Shown: positions 14,351-28,572 of the stretch, one piece after another | Layout: each line of letters opens with the position of its first letter | Position numbering within the stretch: the stretch's first letter is position 1 | Assembly (NCBI RefSeq): GCF_006345805.1 | Contig: NC_043009.1 | Span: 5,828,001-5,892,000 of the forward strand | Direction of reading: 5' to 3' | DNA length: 64,000 nucleotides | From: Octopus sinensis | Taxonomy: Eukaryota | The notes under the pieces: generated by a model | What the model saw: only the letters and a program-made list of their open reading frames with translations | What the model was told of the DNA's origin: nothing | Database searches by the model: none | Translations under genes and position numbers: made by a program

Positions 14351-16944
14351 ACTCCCATAAACAAAACTAAAACAAAAGCTGAAAACCCTTAAAAGTGTGG
14401 TTCAAATGAGCTCCTAACCACTTTCAGCTGATTATTTTAACCCAAGATATGATTCTTTTCCTGAATTAGCCAATCTAAAAACGTTGTGCACTCGTCAATG
14501 TTTATCGTGAAACCTGAGGCTCCATCTTGGGGTTGTTTTACTTAGAATCAGTAGTGAAATATAAACATGTTCTAAGTGCAAATTTTATGAAAACATTTAC
14601 ACAAAGATATTTTAGAAAAGAGAATTGTTAACATTCTCGTAATTAAATACAAAGGGTGGGAGAAACGTTAGACTACGAAGACATTGCTGTTATATATTTA
14701 TTATATTCTAAGAGCAAATTCAGACAAGTTATCCATCTTTTCGAAGTAGGTAACATATGTATCAGTAAGATGTTTCTTTATTTAGTCATTAATATTCATT
14801 TGTTGGCGTATTGGTATAGTCGTAAGAATGATAAGCAAAATGCTTTCTGCTTATCTTTTCATTACTCTTTCTAATTTGAGCTTATATCCTATAAGAGAGA
14901 TATTCCCTTTCCTCAGTTCCTCTTTAATAAACCAATACTTATCCAATGAAGAGGATTTCTTGAACTGTACCAACGAAATACTGGATCCCTGGAGATATTC
15001 GTTCCGACGCTTATCACCAAGGTGGGGCAACAGGCTCCACCTTGGTGTTATCCAGTTTCAGAGAAAAATAATTTTGTAAAAAGTAAAGAATTTAGTAAAA
15101 TAACTTTGCTGGTATTCCGAAAATAACAGGAAATGTTAACGAAATCTTTACATTTAAACTAATTTAATACAAAACTTTTGTATCATACAGTCAGAGGCAG
15201 CCTCAAGCGGATTGGTATCTAAGACGTTTAACAACAGTGCCTGGCACATTAGAATATTTAACGAATTCCTCTTTGACACAAAAAATTGGGATGAATTTGG
15301 GTTTGGATTTATTTTTTCAGCCCGTCAGTCTGTAAAAAGGGATATTGGCTATTTCTTCACGCTTGCTGAAAAGAAGGAATAAACTGTGTTAGTGTAATTT
15401 GGATTGTAGATTTGTTAATTCGTCACAGAAAATACTGTGAAGGATTTCATTACGTCACGTTAAGGAAATTATTTGACATTCCTCTTTCTACTTAGAGAAA
15501 AGGACATATCAAACAAAATTTATATCTAAGGTGCCTGTCATTTAGGTGTGACTCTGCTTCGGTGTCTGGAATAACCTTTTGCAGGATACGGGTACGGACT
15601 TCTCACCTGTCAACGTCACCGATAGTGAACTGAAAGGCAAAGGCCGATATGACACTGTACCTACATCATCGTAGAAGAGAACATGGACTGATACTCTGCT
15701 TTATTCACTCTGGAAGAGAGAATAGCAAAGTTGAACGAAAAATATATATAATCGGAAAAATCTTACGTAATCTTACGTAATCATTTGTCTCACAGTCGAG
15801 TGCTTCCGTGCACATAGTTCAATAGCGTAGACTATACTCTCAGATAAACTTCGCCATTTTTGAACAAGTTATGACTTTTAATCATTATCTGACTAATTTT
15901 ACTGTAATAGAAGAAACGAGCTACTTGATGCAGAAAAGGTCGTGGCTAAATTCTCGGTCGTTTTGAGTCACACCTTTTATTAGTTAATTAAAAATTAAGT
16001 TTAACACAATACACTTTTCTATCTAATGCTATATATCAAATAAGTACCAGTTATGTATGCGTGTCGCTTAACTTAACTAGATGTTTTTCTTAACTATCTC
16101 GACTATTTCAAGTGATGGAAGCAGTTATTGTCATTAGCGTTTATTACGATGATTTTGATATCATTAATGCTATAATTATTTTCGTTTTTAGATATAAAAG
16201 AACAAAACAATATAAATGTAGATGGGACGTTAATGTCAATATTTACAGATCTTCCCTTAGAACAAACGCATTTTTCTAATTCTTCTGTATTATTTAATTG
16301 TGCTTTCTTTACATCATTGTTTATAACGAACATTAATTAATTAATTTCATTTATTCATTTTCCAAATACTCTTTCATTAATGTAATTATTTTTGGCCAAA
16401 CTCTAAAGTGTAGAAAGTGAACATAAAAAAAAAAATTGGGATTGTATTTCGAAACTTCTCAAACAATGTAGCTGCTATGGTTTTTTTCTTTTTGATTGTT
16501 TTTTTCTAATAAAACTATTGTAAAGTCTTTATATTGTCAAATCGCTTTCGATTATGTTTTCAGTTAACAAAATTAAGATCAAGATTGGGAATTTGATTAA
16601 TCCATGAAACGAAACACATCTCTCGTTTTAACATAAAGAATCATTGAGAATGAAATTTATCATGCTTCTTTTTATTATTATTTTTATTGTTGCGTTGATA
16701 AAAATTTTCTTTATTAGAAAACGACTAAGAACAAAATTCCTTTTGATGCCATTAATATTTCACTTTGGTCCATGATACGCGGAAAAAAGCCGTAAGCATT
16801 TACCTCATTGAATTACTGGTATTTTAGCAACTATACACGTATAAGTGTTGAAGTTCTTGAAAAACCAAATAAAGGAATCGTCATCAATTTATGACAAACC
16901 GTACAACTATTTATTTGCTTTAAATGATCTTGCAATTGCCAACG

Positions 16945-17165
16945 AATCAGTAGACGGCGCTGAGCAGGCAGAAACGTTAGAACGCCGAGCGAAGTGCTTA
17001 GCGGTATTTCGATTTCCGTTACGTTCTGAGTTCAAATTACGCCGAGGTCGACTTTGCCCTTCATCCTTTCGGGGTCGATAAATTAAGTACCAGTTACACA
17101 CTGGGTTTGATGTCCTTGTTTGTCCCCTCTATCTTTAGCCCCTTGTGGGCAATAAAGATATAAGA
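16945..17165 (+). mobile_element. SINE family B
   Basis: GAGCAGGCAGAAACGTTAG...GTCGACTTTGCCCTTCATCCTTTCGGGGTCGATAAATTAAGTACCAG. Confidence 0.82.
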
Positions 17166-18757
17166 ATATGGTTCATCATCAAAATAAATATCTTCATTAT
17201 TTTACTTTCTCCCTCTTTTTAGATATTTTTCTGAAAGGTCAACGCTTACTTTCTTCCTTCTAGAATTCATCAACGAAGTACAATACAATATCATGTCACT
17301 CTTCTACAACCCCTTGTAAAATTGTTAAGTTTAACCCTTTTGATACTAACCTACTTAGAACTGCCCTTTCTTTTATGATACAAAATACTTGTTTTAAAGT
17401 AATCTATATCAAAATGTTACAAAATATTTCAAGTAAATTATCGTTTCAAATAGCAACTTAATTATTTTACTAAATACTTTATCATTTTCCCCTTATTCAA
17501 CTGAAACAATGGTTGTACATTTCAGAACAAAAAATAATAAATAATAGTACGGTAGCAAAAATACTTAAAGGATATTCGTAAAATGATAATGAGCAAATTG
17601 TAGGGAACATTATAACGGTGTGCCTCTAATGTTTTACTACCTATACTTAAATCCCTATAGAGAATAACATTACATCATTGATATTTACGAGTTCGAAACT
17701 ACAAATATATGTAGAATGTGTGACCAGTTCAACACAATAAAATACGATAATAAAATACTTATACAATATCAGAAGAAAACAACAGTTATATATTCATTTT
17801 TTTTTTCATTTCATCTAGTTTCAGCTTACGAGCTGTGGCCATGTTGGGGCACCACCATTCAGTGTTGCTACATGATTTTACTTCACGAATCCTTTTTAGC
17901 AATTGACATTTGGTGCATGAGAGAGTTTGATGCAGATGCCCTCATCTGCATATCCTGCCGTGAATCTGGTTCATCTGGGACACCTGAGAGGAAGAGGCTT
18001 TTATACATATTGTCACTCGAACATTTTGATAAATATAGCAAACTAGTTTGCTATATTTTCCCAATTCTACATGTTTTAAAATCTGTTATTATTGCAGTGA
18101 AAGACAAGTGAATTTCCATGTTAGATTCAGCAATGTTAACCACTCCACTGTTTTATAAAATAGATAAAATTGTGAACATAGGATGAATTTTACACTGAAT
18201 TCTGTCATGGTGATGTTATGTAACATTAAACACCGAAATATGAAACTACCCTTAATAGGAGCATCGTATGGATTACAGAATAGTTTTTCACGTTAGAGAT
18301 ATGATTTCTGAATTGCAAGACCTCATAGTTTCTTCAACGTTGTAGTAAGTAGGGTATGTTGTTTCATATAGAGATAGAAATCATTGTATTGAAACGACAG
18401 CAGCTAATCCTATTGCTGAATATGTGAACACGCTGATAGGCACAGATATATAATATAAAGTAATGCGAAATAGATAATGCAATATATATGTATGTAGGTT
18501 TGCATGTATGCACGTATGTATGTGCATATATACATGATCATGCATACCTATGTGTACATATATCTATATATACGTGTGTATGTATATGTATACATATATA
18601 TATACATATATAGGTACAAATATAGCGTATATATATTTATATACAATTATATACATTATATATATATTTATATATATAGATACATATGAGGGAATACAAC
18701 TACACATACACTTATGTACATACATACACACCACACACACATATACATACACCTATC

Positions 18758-18796
<39 letters not shown>

Positions 18797-18798
18797 AG

Positions 18799-18831
<33 letters not shown>

Positions 18832-19924
18832 GTGTGTATGCCTATATAGTTGTGCATTGATTTTCAGTAGAGATTCTCATATTTCCCCATTCATGACAAA
18901 TAATTTTTTTTTCCTTAAAGAGGATTCATATTTCCAACAAATTAATATCCGTTCAAATCCCTCTTTGCTTTTCATCCATAGATGAAACGAAAACTCTCTA
19001 AAAAAGATGCCACAGGCAAGTTTCTCTTTTCTCTGTAGGTTTTGTGATAACATATGTTCATCTTGCTTTAAATGAAGAAAACAAAATACATTTTTCGAAC
19101 ATGTCAAGTAATAATGGATAAAAAGAAAAAAAAAAGAAACCGAGTAGAGAATATTCTTTGTAATATATACGATTCCTATTATCTCTTTGTTAGTTGATAT
19201 AGCTACATGACTCGCTGCTAATGTCTAAATGTAATTTAAATATTTTTAAAAAAAGTTCACAAAAAAGGCTTAAAACAAAATCGCTAGAGCTGATCCTAGA
19301 TTTTATCTTTCTGTAGTACTTGGTGTTGAATATATTCTCGAATAATAACCATTACAATGGGCTCTCAGATTTAGAGTTACAGGAATATTCTATCGACTCC
19401 CTTGAATAAAATCATATTGACAAATATACTTATCAAATAGAAGTTGCAGTTAAGTGTCAGATTCTCTGAAGTGGTTAAACTGTTTTTCTAAAATATTTCC
19501 CTAAATAATTTTCAGTAATACTTCAATACTTTCAATGTATAATATTTCAGTTGGTCGCCGTAGATTTTTTTGTTTGTTTCGATTAACTAATAACTGGCAT
19601 TTCGAAAAAGAAGGCAGATTGCGAAATATATATTAGAGCTCAGGTGAAAATACTGTTAAATGGTTTAAGCGAATATTATCGAAATATCAGGTGTCAAACA
19701 TAAATTCTTTGGATACGAAAAAAAAAGTGAAAAAACATTAAAAGAAAAATTGCCGTAAATAAAATTTGGTTCCATACCAACTTTGAGTTTAAATTCTGCG
19801 CGGTTTATTGTAAAATGATATCTACTAAAGCAAATTGCTTCTTTAGTCTTCTACAGGCAGAGAACAAACACTGTAACAAAACACATACATATATACAAAC
19901 ATACCTCCATACATATATATACTT

Positions 19925-19965
<41 letters not shown>

Positions 19966-20067
19966 TATGTTTCAGTGTCTGTGTGTGCATATGTATGTGT
20001 ATGTATAGGTATGCACTTTTTTATGTGTGTATACATGTATTTGTATAGCATATATCTATCTATCTAT

Positions 20068-20378
20068 GTCCAATTCGCGCAGATCTACTACGATTTTTAA
20101 CCCCAAGAGGACAAATCTTCTGGCTGGTTGACGATGAACTGCATTGCATCCGATAAAATAGCGAGAGGAGAGCAGGAGAGCGAGCCCCTACCATCTCCTA
20201 GCAACGGAACCAGTAGATCGCTTGAAATATATATATATACCGGAGTAAACACATAAATGTGAAACAAGGTGGTAAAAAGAGTACTCAAATACCAGTGGTA
20301 GAGTAATATGCTTTATTTAAAGCAGCAGAAAATTCAACAAAACCTGTTACTCTGAGTTTCCCGTTGCCGTTCATCGGA

Positions 20379-20421
<43 letters not shown>

Positions 20422-20577
20422 CGGGCAACAGTGAACTGCTATCATTTCTTACAGATGACGTGTCCAGTACTGAGTAGTGGATCGCAATTCTATTGGATGC
20501 AGCTGCGCATCTTTAACCACCTAGAAGAGATGTCATCTTGGGGTTAAAAAGTCGAAGTAGAGTCCGCTCGAACAGAC
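20068..20577. mobile_element. MITE-like element with ~46-bp imperfect inverted repeats
   Basis: 20068-20113 (GTCCAATTCGCGCAGATCTACTACGATTTTTAACCCCAAGAGGACA) is roughly 80% identical to the reverse complement of 20531-20577. Confidence 0.6.
20343..20380 (-). ncRNA. Degenerate hammerhead-like motif in a short repeat between (TA)n tracts
   Basis: GT-CCGATGA-ACG GCAA CGG-GAAA-CTC A GAG-TA-ACAGG. It has a U4C core change, a mismatched stem II closing pair, and stem I 5' cut by (TA)n. Confidence 0.5.
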
Positions 20578-20821
20578 GACCGTAATAAGGCAGCTACGAA
20601 TATTATATATATGTATATACATATATGTATGTATATATATATATATATATGTATATATTCATCTGCATATATGTACGCGTGTTTACGGCTATATGTGCCC
20701 ATATATATGTAAATGTGTATGTACATGTGTATGTATGCATATGTTTGTGTGCACGTATGGATTTATATATGTGAGTGTGTGTATCCGAGTATCTGTGTGT
20801 GGGTTTCTGTGGCTGTCTATC

Positions 20822-20862
<41 letters not shown>

Positions 20863-21162
20863 GTGTGTGTGAATCTATGTGTACATTTCTGTATGTACGG
20901 TTGTTACGGTTACTACTCGTACGTACGTCTCTTCCAGGGCAAAAAAACCCCTCTAAGGTCATAAATCGCAGGTTCTCCAACAACATATATCCTTAATATA
21001 CTCATCCTTTCTTCAGAACAATTGTCTAGTTATCTACATAATAGATCTTTTCACGTTAGGTTTTTGAAGAACTATGTCCTCGTGTGGTTAAATACATGGT
21101 ATTCCATCGGACAAATCTTGGTAACAATGGTCCTGCCAGTACAGGATAAGACTCCCCCAGCT

Positions 21163-21318
21163 TTCTTCTTCTTCTTCTTCTTCTTCTTCTTCTTCTTCTT
21201 CTTCTTCTTCTTCTTCTTCTTCTTCTTCTTCTTCTTCTTCTTCTTCTTTTCTTCTTCTTCTTCTTCTTCTTCTTCTTCTTCTTCTTCTTCTTCTTCTTCT
21301 TCTTCTTCTTCTTCTTCT
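21163..21318. repeat. (CTT)n microsatellite
   Basis: Read directly. Confidence 0.98.
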
Positions 21319-21709
21319 CCTTCTTCTCCTCCGCTTTCGCCTCCTCTTCGTTCCCACCCCCTTACATATATATATATATATATATATCAAATTCAATTTA
21401 AGTTGAAAATCAACAAAGTTTGCTTTCGAAGCGTTGAGATGTATTGAAATATATATATATATAAGGATTAAATTTATTCTCAAACGCAGGATGATGCTAA
21501 AAATTCAGCATCAACAGGATCAACTATCCATATTTTGCAGAAGAATCTGTCAGCGGCCAACCAAGCGTCTCATGGCTGGTCGCCGACAGGTTTTCCTGCA
21601 AAATACGGATATCTTACGCTGTTCATGCTATATTATTAGCATTATCCTGCGTTTGAGAAAAAATTATTTCCTTATCTGTATCTTTATATATATATATATA
21701 TATATATAT

Positions 21710-21984
21710 CACGTAATCACGTGACCGATCAGACCATCAGATGTTGTTACACATCACTGGTAACAATGCGTTCGCATTGTTTTAGCCTTCGAATGACGCC
21801 ACCCGCTGACTAAGTGAGCAAGCCAACAGAAGAAAGAGTGTGAGAAAGAGTACAGCGGGGATCACCCCCCCCCCTGCCGGAGCTTCGTGGAGCTTTTAGG
21901 TGTTTTCGCTCAATAAACACTCACAACGCCCGGTCTGGGAATCGAAACCGCCATCCTGCGAAAGCGAGTCCGCTGCCCTAACCA
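21710..21984 (-). mobile_element. tRNA-headed SINE, family C
   Basis: Head GGCGCAATGGCCTAGTGGTTAGGGCAGCGGACTCG...GGTTTCGATTCCCAGACC (A and B box-like); homologous to 47812-48083. Confidence 0.88.
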
Positions 21985-22019
21985 CTAGGCCATTGCGCCT
22001 CCACACACACACACACACA

Positions 22020-22119
<100 letters not shown>

Positions 22120-23443
22120 AGAGTTAAGGAATGGGGTAGAGAAGTTCCGAGATACATATGTTTCATATTGGGCGGACCTTGGAAGTGATAAATATCCAAG
22201 CGACGTGTATACTACAGACTACTCTTCAGGCCAGGGATATCTTGAATATATAAAACTTTACATTGTCGCAATGAGTTACATGTTAATGCATGGAACATTC
22301 AATCAGAATGTATAGGGGTCACAGTAGGAGAGTAGATTATAAATGTAGAGAGAAATTAGGATTGAAAGAAGGAAAAAAGAAGAAAAAGCGCACAAGGAAT
22401 TGAGAAGACGAATCTAAGCAACGTCATTTCATTTGACTGGTTGTACACAGTATGGCTATTTTAGCCGAATCACAGAAATTAACAAGGTGAGTGGTATTTG
22501 AAAAAATAATACTGTGAAGGGGGGAGTGCGGGAAGATATTTTTGGTCAAGGTGGAGTGAAAGAGGTATGCATGAAGTAAGATAGAATGGGCAGGAACCGT
22601 GGTGGCTACTACTAAGAATCATTTAAGGAGTGTATATTGTGTGCAGTCAGCGTGTTTACAGTATGAAATAGTAGATGTGTATGTTGGCATTTGTACTTGT
22701 CTGTTTACAAGTTAGGAGGTGGAAGCAAGTGAATTAAAAGAAAAGAGTGAAAATGGTAAGGAAAATAGAGAGAGAAGTAAGAAACTGACAATAAGGAATT
22801 AAAGGGAAGAATCAGAGAAAAAAACACTATTAATGGTAAGGAAACATACCGAGAGAAGTATGTAAATGACAAAAATGAATTAAAGGAAGATATATGGTTG
22901 GTTTAATATTCTGTGATAGTGAGGGAAAATAAGAGGGAAAATTTATGAAGGCTAGGCGAAAAAGGCGTGGTGGGCTTTATATTTGCATTTAGAGAATAGT
23001 TTTTTGCGATCGATGCATTCTTATTCCTGTGAAATATAAAAGCTTCTCGCTCGGCGTGCTAACGGTTTGGCCAGCTCGCCACCTTGACATAGGAACTAAT
23101 AGTATAAATCTGTGTTTACCGTGGTTTCTCCAAAATTTTATCTGTAATTCCTAAATAAGAGTACCACAAAGTATGCTAGCTGCTTTACCAATATACTGAA
23201 AAGAAGACTATAATCATTCTTTACGTGGAGGTCTAACCCTAACAGCAGTAGTCACACCACACAACTCATTAGCCACTACACATTCTTTATTTTCTCTCCT
23301 TGTTTCTTTCTGTGTTCCTTTTCTGTGGAAGAGCTTAGGCTCGAAACGTTAAAGACTTTTTCATTTCCCGAACTTTGTACTAATACATCTGTTTGTTGTG
23401 TACACCACCTGTCTCCGTCTTTTGTTTTTTTTTGTAAATTCTT

Positions 23444-23494
<51 letters not shown>

Positions 23495-23787
23495 ATATAT
23501 ATATATATATGGACGAGCGAAGATATATTCATATGATCGTGTAATAAATCATATATGCATTGCGTGATAAATGATGTGTGTATATCTCATTTTAATTATG
23601 CAGTACGACATTATACCACTCTATATAGCTGCTACATAACGTTTATGTAACTCTCAAATAACACAAACACACACATGCATTTATTCTATCATACATAAAT
23701 TCTATTTATTTATAAGCATTAAGTATCCATTCAGGTTTGTATTCATATGCATTTATGTATGATTGTGTACTTACATCCGTGCATTTA

Positions 23788-23835
<48 letters not shown>

Positions 23836-23971
23836 CATATTTGCAAAGAGAATGAGAGGGAGAGAGGAAGAGAGATATGGTTAGAAAGATATAGACATAG
23901 ATATGCATGCATACATATCTGCATACATTTAATGTGTGTGTGTACATTATATATATATATATATATGTATG

Positions 23972-24091
<120 letters not shown>

Positions 24092-25017
24092 CGCGATACG
24101 CGCATATTTATACTTTTGTGCATATATAATAATGTATGTGTGAGTTTGTATGTGTCATTGTTACTTTTGTTTTTTATATCTTCATATACTATACATTGTC
24201 AAGTATAGCAAGAACACTTATGTATTACATTTGTTTACTAACAATGACATATACACCATATCACAGAAGAGAAGAAAAAAATATAATAGTGCTTCCGGCT
24301 TGAAGAGTATGTTGTCAAATCGAGAATGATATACTCTTTTAGCTCTAGTGGAAATTATAATGGAAAGCAATATTCAAATTGACTTTCCGATTGTCTGATT
24401 GCAGTGAAAATGTGTAGAAACTAAATTATATCAAAACCTCGAGGAAAAAAAAAGAGAAATTCGAGCTGTACACCAAGAGGTGATTGTACAAAATCTATTA
24501 TCTGTAATTGTATTTTCCTTCATCACAATCCAATGGCGCCAACGCATATTGCATTATATATATGTGTGTGTGTGTAAGTGATGGAGCGCGTGCGTTTGTG
24601 TATTTGTTTCAGTGTGTAATGCATGCATGCATGTCAGTGTATGTGTACGACACGCATATATATATTTGTATATTTACAGACATGTACATACTTACATGCA
24701 TACACATACAGATATACACATGCATATATATGTGCGTGTGGTTGTTTGTGTGGAAACATATATATATATACACACACGCAAACATATATATATATATGTA
24801 TATATATATTATATATATATGTGTATATATATATATATATATACACTTATATAGGTTTATATTTATATATGCATTACATGATATATTCGTTTTTAAACGT
24901 GTATTCTCATGCATGCATATATATGTATTTACACATACACCACATACACACACCAATATATTATATTATAATATATATATATATAGAAGAGAGAGAGAGA
25001 GATACATTCATACATAT

Positions 25018-25061
<44 letters not shown>

Positions 25062-27428
25062 CATATATATGTGTGTGTGTGTATAAATCTACGTGTCTCA
25101 TAATATACTCGTAGTATATGTGGTACACAGCTGACAGTCTATACAAACATCCATTAAGAAAAAGTATTGTACATTTATTTGGTATTTATATCCTTTTTTT
25201 TATTTGCATCATTTTAAATGTTCTGTTTTGCTGTCTCTCCTATATTTGATTTTAGTTTAGTTTTACAATTCCCGGATGCTCTTCATCTTCGTTCTTTGAT
25301 TTTCACATATTCCTATATTTCTCCTCTTTTGTTGCTAATAGATGTGAACTATATCCTCTTTAACTTCTATGCAATGTTAAAGCTACATTTCAACTGAGGT
25401 CTGATTTTTTTTTACTTTATTTTCTTTTTTAAACAAAACTGATCTACTGGAAGTGTTGAACTAGCGGCACGTCATAAAAATCTATAAATACAAACTAAAA
25501 GCAAAAATGAAAAAAAAAAAAAACAGAAAATGAACGGTCGAATACTATGTCTGAAAATACTATTTGTACAGAAAGTAGATTTTGATCGCTATTAGTGTTG
25601 TCTTTTCAAGTGACTTATAAACATTTTTTTCAATATCTGAACTAAGGAAAATATAATACAATCATGTTTAATCAAATGTATATTTTATCTGAATGTTTAA
25701 ATATATTTTGTTTATGAAGAAGTGAACTTTACAATTTCTCCTCATTGTATATCCCGTATACATAAGCTGTTTATGGGAAAAGTAAGCCGGAGTTAAGTAA
25801 AAAAAACAAAACATTCTGTCTTCCTACTATTATAAAATTACACTCCATAGAACAAAGGTTATCAAAATGAGCTGTTGTGCTCACTGACGTACATAAAGGT
25901 AGCTTGCCGTAATAGTAGCAGAATACTCAAAACAATGGATAGAAACGAAAGAAATACCGTACGGCACTTATTTTTTCTTCTGGACGCGCTAAGAATTCTG
26001 CCAGCTCACAGACACAAATCGTATTCATGAAGCTAGAGAATTTATGTTTAGCACAGACAGAAATGTTTATATTTGCTGCAAAAGGACGGTTAATTGTGTG
26101 AAAGCTTTTACTTGATTGTTATCTCATTATATCGGCTCCTAAAATCATGATAACCAAATTGAACCCAAGTGGAATTTTGACGGAGAAGGTAAAGAACAGG
26201 AACAAATTTCCCATGAGGTCCAACCCGGGTCTCTAACGATACGCCTAATAATTCTTACTCTATATTACGGACAGTGATGAGAATGTGATTGATATTTCTC
26301 TCCAAAAGTATTTTTCTGGATGCATGATTGCCTCGATGTCACAAGCAATTTCTTAAACGTAAATCGAAATTGCTTTTGTCTTTTGATACGGAAGTTCTTA
26401 AATGTCGATGTTTGGGTAATAATCTTCGAATTGCACATTGCGTCATCTTCTGCAAATAAGGATTTAATTATTGCCGGTTAGATCATGTCTTCTCTATGCG
26501 ATTTTCAGCATACAATTTCTATCTTCGAAAAAGTTGTTCGACTTGCAATCGTTAATATGTTTATGATCCATTCTTCCATTCTTCATTTCAGAAGAAGTTG
26601 ACGGAACTAAAGCCCACCAAGACTACTGGGTTAATATTCCACTTCGTGTCAGTGAATGGAATTAACGATTATATCCTAATAGCAAACTAGCACTTGAAAA
26701 TACTGTCGATGTTCTTTAAAATTCGTCTGAAGTGTTAACACCTTTTTTTGTAGTTGTTTTTGCGTTTGGAGTCCATTATATTCTACAACTTTCAGTGTTT
26801 GGGTAACAACTTTTCTAACCATTGCTCTCGTTGATGCGAAAATTTAGGGATCTCCTCACTGTGTTGGATGCAAGAACAGTTTCTTTAAATATGTTGATTT
26901 CTGCTGTAATGAATAAAATCTGATCCATTTGAGATCCAAAACGGCTGTAAATTTGTTGACGTGTCACCTTTGATATTCAAAATTCTCTGTTGTAATGCTA
27001 ATGGGAATTTTTAATGAACCTAATTGGAGTTGATGTAGAATAAGAATTCAAATAGCACATTTATATGATGTGACATTGTTACAAAGGTGGAGATTAGAAA
27101 AATAATTGAACTTAGGCCTTTCGAAATCAGTTTCCCATTCATGCTTGCGCGGCTACTGCTCCAAGCCGCAGGACTCCCATAGTGATATTAGGAGTAATTA
27201 AATCTCGATGTCAAGTTTTGCGTAACACAGAAGCATATTATTATTATTATCAACTGACGTATTTGAGCCGAATCAATTATATTTCGGCCTGTCAAGAACA
27301 ACACAAGGCCCAGCAGATATAGTGACAATAACGTTAAAAGTTAGAAAAATCCCATCAAAGGAAGTTTTTCTGTGTAAAAAAATATTCTAAAATTTATAGC
27401 ATTCGCCTGATAAATAATTCAAATATAT

Positions 27429-27835
27429 TCTTTTCTGCTCTTTTACTTGTTTCAGTCATTTGACAGTGGCCATGCTGGAGCACCGCCTGTACTCGAGCAA
27501 ATCGACCCCAGGACTTCTTCTTTGTTAGCCTAGTACTTATTCTATCGTTTCTTTTGCCGAACCGCTAAGTTACGGGGACGGAGACACACCAGCATCGGTT
27601 GTCAAGCGATGTTGTTGGGTGCTGGACAAACACAGACACATACATGCATTTTTATAGATATGCATATATACGATGGGCATGTTTCAGTTTCCGTCTACCA
27701 AATCCACTCACAAGGCTTTGGTCGGCTCGAGGTAATAGTAGAAGACACTTGCCCAAGATGCCACGCAGTGGAACTGAACCCGGAACCATGTGGTTCGTAA
27801 GCAAGCTACTTACCACACAGCCACTCCTGCGCCTA
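27429..27835 (-). mobile_element. SINE family A, near complete
   Basis: Collinear with 1248-1755. Confidence 0.88.
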
Positions 27836-27924
27836 TATCCGTTCATAATCTCATACAAGGGTTGTCCCGAAAGTAATTCAAACTAGGCACAACTCTGGTT
27901 TCAAAGTTTTAGCCCACGGCAAGC

Positions 27925-28075
27925 AACTTTAGGTGAAGGGCTAAGTCGATTACATCGATCCCAGTGCTCAAAAGGTACTTGTTTTATATAAGGCAAAGTC
28001 AGCGCTAACGGCATTTGAACTCAGAACACAAAGACAGCCGAAATGACGTTCAGGATTCTACCTGGCATGCAAACT
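27925..28075 (-). mobile_element. SINE family B, diverged
   Basis: AAGTCGATTACATCGATCCCAGTG and AAGGCAAAGTC homology. Confidence 0.6.
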
Positions 28076-28311
28076 ATTCTACCTTAATTAAGCATAATTA
28101 TTTAAACTGGATTTTGTCGTTCAAATTGAACGTGGTGTTAATTTTAGTCAAGAGTAATTTTCCTCCTTGTTATTCTTTACTGCAGACAAGAAATGGGATT
28201 CTAATAGAAAGAATATGTTGCTATTGAGTATGTGTGCAGGCTTTCCGTCATACTTAGAAACTTATAGGCTGTTTCGGAGATAACTAGTAGTCTGTCGGTT
28301 AATACGACGAG

Positions 28312-28572
28312 AGTATCAGTTGATCCGATGAACAGACTGCTCGTGAACGTAACGTAGAGGTGGCTGAGCACTCCACAGAAACGCGGAGGGATTCAGCGTA
28401 ATACAGAATGTGAAAAAGCTTGACCCTTTGAAATATAGCTACTATTCATTTTTATCAACTGTACAGACTGGAGTAACGTCAAATTAAGTGTCTTGCTCAA
28501 GGATAAAACGTCGCGCCGAGAACTGAACTCACGACCTTACGATCGAGAGTCGAACATCCCTAGCAACTAATC
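28312..28572 (-). mobile_element. Diverged tRNA-headed SINE (head related to family D)
   Basis: The minus strand reads GACTCTCGATCGTAAGGTCGTGAGTTCAGTTCTCGG...TCCTTGAGCAAGACACTTAATTT. Confidence 0.6.

Noticed and set aside
15585-15675. Possible terminal exon (DTGTDFSPVNVTDSELKGKGRYDTVPTSS*)
   Set aside because: Short, with no supporting upstream exons or family motif.
21491-21590. Possible exon after TTCTCAAACGCAG (DDAKNSASTGSTIHILQKNLS...)
   Set aside because: Weak donor site and no homology recognisable by eye.
26050-27050. Very degenerate RT-like sequence on the - strand
   Set aside because: Only hints of motifs in inconsistent order; the call cannot be supported.
27853-27885. TACAAGGGTTGTCCCGAAAGTAAT mariner-TIR-like string
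   Set aside because: No partner TIR or transposase remnant was found nearby.
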